Source: Nitrospirota bacterium
Lineage (GTDB): Bacteria > Nitrospirota > JACRHJ01
NCBI GenBank assembly: GCA_963845245.1
Contig: CAWJRJ010000021.1
Span: 173,963-237,962 of the forward strand
DNA: 64,000 nt
Direction: 5' to 3'
Positions 62,143 through 64,000 of the stretch are shown one piece after another. Made by a program: the position numbers and the translations under genes. The first letter of the stretch is position 1, and each line of letters starts with the position of its first letter. The notes under the pieces were generated by a model, which saw only the letters and a list, made by a program, of their open reading frames with translations, searched no databases and had not been told where the DNA came from.

Positions 62143-63237
62143 ATGGGTTTCTATATTAGAAAATCTTTGAAGGTAGGCCCTTTACGGTTCAATTTATCGA
62201 AGGGTGGAATAGGTGTTTCTGCAGGAATAACGGGATTACGCCTTGGAACAGGGCCGAGGGGCAATTATGTCCATATGGGGCGTGGTGGTTTATATTTCAG
62301 GAAAAGCTTGAATACAAAAAAATCCAATTCGCCAATCATTACTCCAGAAAAAACACCCGGACAATTAATACCGCCTGATGAAAATACTGAAATGATAGAA
62401 ATCGAAAGTGGCAGTGTTTCTGAAATGGTTGATTCATCTTCCAGCGAGTTACTGAATGAATTAAATTCCAAATATAAAATGGTAAGGTATTTTCCAATAG
62501 TGCTAAGTATAAGTATAATATTGTGCTTTGTTTTATTGGCCTCAGATACTCAGCCTTGGGTTTTAGCTGTTGTGTCTGTTATAGGAGTTGTTTCTTCTTT
62601 TATTGCACATCAAAAGGATGCTCTCAGAAAGAGCGTGGTTATTTTTTATAAACTGGATGATGAAATTGAAAAAGTTTACGAAAGTTTTCATAAAAGTTTT
62701 GAAACGCTTTTGCAATGTTCGTCAACATGGCATATTGAGTCTTCTGGTAAAGTCCGTGATATTAAATACCATGCGGGTGCAAATACTTTGGTAAAAAGAA
62801 ATAATATTAAACCTTTTAAAGGCTCCGTTCCGTTTCTAAAAACGAATATAGATATCCCCGTTATTCCAGTAGGAAAACAAAAAATAGCTTTTTTGCCTGA
62901 CAGGCTTTTAGTTTTTGAATCTAACGGGGTAGGTGCTGTAAATTATAATGAATTAGAGATTGAAGTTACACAAACTCGTTTTATAGAAGCGGGTAGCGTA
63001 CCAGCCGATGCAAAAATTGTCGATCATACTTGGCAATACGTAAATAAAAAGGGAGGGCCGGATAGAAGATTTAAAAGTAATAGACAACTACCAGTGGCAA
63101 TATATGAAGATGTATATTTTAAAAGTAGGACGGGGCTTAACGAGTTGATTCAAAATTCAAAAATTGGGGTTGGCGAAGTTTTTTTAGAAGCAATCTCGAA
63201 TTTATCAAAATTAAATATTAAACCAGTTTTGGATTAG
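62143..63237 (+). CDS. DUF4236-domain membrane protein
   Basis: MGFYIRKS.K.GP.R.NLSK.G.G.S N-terminus, two TMs, W.YVNK.GGPDRRFK.N. Confidence 0.8.
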   Translation: MGFYIRKSLKVGPLRFNLSKGGIGVSAGITGLRLGTGPRGNYVHMGRGGLYFRKSLNTKKSNSPIITPEKTPGQLIPPDENTEMIEIESGSVSEMVDSSSSELLNELNSKYKMVRYFPIVLSISIILCFVLLASDTQPWVLAVVSVIGVVSSFIAHQKDALRKSVVIFYKLDDEIEKVYESFHKSFETLLQCSSTWHIESSGKVRDIKYHAGANTLVKRNNIKPFKGSVPFLKTNIDIPVIPVGKQKIAFLPDRLLVFESNGVGAVNYNELEIEVTQTRFIEAGSVPADAKIVDHTWQYVNKKGGPDRRFKSNRQLPVAIYEDVYFKSRTGLNELIQNSKIGVGEVFLEAISNLSKLNIKPVLD

Positions 63238-63295
63238 TGTTGCATAGCATTACAATGCTTGAAGTATAGTTGGGATGATTTTAGGGGATTAATTT

Positions 63296-64000
63296 ATGTT
63301 TATAGATAACTTGCCAGAAAAACTAGTTGACTGCACAGTAGATGATAATTTGAGTAAAATAGCAGAAGATATTTCAGAATTAGGTTTAGACCGATTATTG
63401 GACGAAGGACTCCTAAAAGACATACCGGTTGTAGGGATATTTCTTAATTCGGCTAAATTCGCATTGGATATTAGAGATAGACTATTCATGGCAAAAGTTG
63501 TAAATTTTTTGTTTTATTTAAAAGACATAGCCGAAGAAGATAAAGAAAAATTTAAGAAAAAAATTTCTAATGATTCTGGTTTAAAAAAGAAATTAGGCGA
63601 GCGTATTATAATGATTTTGGATCGCATAGATGATTTGGAAAAACCTCAAATGATTGCCAAAGCTTTTGAATGCTACATGACCGGGAAAATAAAAGATCTA
63701 TCAGATTTCTTACGGTTATCATCTGCAATAAACGTAGCCTATATTGACGATCTTAGAAATCTAATTGAAATAAAATCAGGTTCCAAATTTTATCTAAATT
63801 CGCCAGATGAAAATTTAGTTATGGCAGGTTTATTTAAGGTTGACGTACAAGTTGACCTTTATAGAAATGACAAAAAAGTTTGGAATGTGAATAGGGGTAG
63901 CTTTTTCGCAGATGATAAAAAAAGTGACCCGGAAGTCAAAGGCAAAGTCCAATATGATGTAACTCCCTTGGGTGAGTTATTTATTAGTGTAATGACTGGA
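63296..64000 (+). CDS. Hypothetical protein, open at the window end (Abi-alpha/DUF4393-like features)
   Basis: Not in the ORF track. ATG 63296 reads MFIDNLPEKL..ELGLDRLLDEGLLKDIPVVG..RDRLF..KV..FL...YDVTPLGELFISV to the window end. Confidence 0.7.
   Translation, partial: MFIDNLPEKLVDCTVDDNLSKIAEDISELGLDRLLDEGLLKDIPVVGIFLNSAKFALDIRDRLFMAKVVNFLFYLKDIAEEDKEKFKKKISNDSGLKKKLGERIIMILDRIDDLEKPQMIAKAFECYMTGKIKDLSDFLRLSSAINVAYIDDLRNLIEIKSGSKFYLNSPDENLVMAGLFKVDVQVDLYRNDKKVWNVNRGSFFADDKKSDPEVKGKVQYDVTPLGELFISVMTG

Larger units (their letters stand above)
61611..64000. mobile_element. AT-rich accessory region (putative genomic island) downstream of tRNA-Leu
   Basis: Abrupt compositional shift after the tRNA terminator. 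No integrase or att repeat is visible in the window. Confidence 0.55.

Overview
Core-chromosome segment of a GC-rich Gram-negative bacterium, probably an anaerobe. Gene order and codon habits (frequent ATA/AGG) suggest a Nitrospirota- or Deltaproteobacteria-like lineage; this is inference. About 20 genes carry single-base frameshifts, including rplM, dnaJ, argJ and grpE, which points to uncorrected long-read indels rather than pseudogenes. In order the window holds: yhaM-pgsA-AI-2E-DUF512; aroE; a Myxococcus/Geobacter-type type IVa pilus locus (pilB-T-C-S-R, three full-length pilins, pilG/H/I-like genes) that runs directly into an odd lipid-enzyme cassette (minimal FAD protein, B12/radical-SAM enzyme, atypical FabD, FabG, atypical FabZ); trmH; a rhodanese-TolC-MFP-RND-crotonase unit; rqcH; rplM-rpsI; argC-argJ; a metal/redox block (DUF134-NifX, PocR, CBS, small PPPR-ending ORF, OB-fold protein, split-Soret-like cytochrome, fmdE, chrA, tetR-MFP-ABC); CIRCE-hrcA-grpE-dnaK-dnaJ-rsmE; xerD-nucleotidyltransferase-deacetylase; S2P-trpS-scpAB; ilvE; tRNA-Leu(GAG); and the start of an AT-rich island. 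The most notable observations are: (i) two diverged copies of a long rod-like structured element with compensatory base changes (4160-4274 and 34509-34670); (ii) a multi-pilin cassette with candidate PilR enhancers, sigma54 promoters and a possible scar of a lost fourth pilin; (iii) the pilus-linked B12-rSAM lipid cassette with altered catalytic residues; (iv) a duplicated TetR promoter/operator placed in front of fmdE-chrA; (v) palindromic elements inside a coding sequence.
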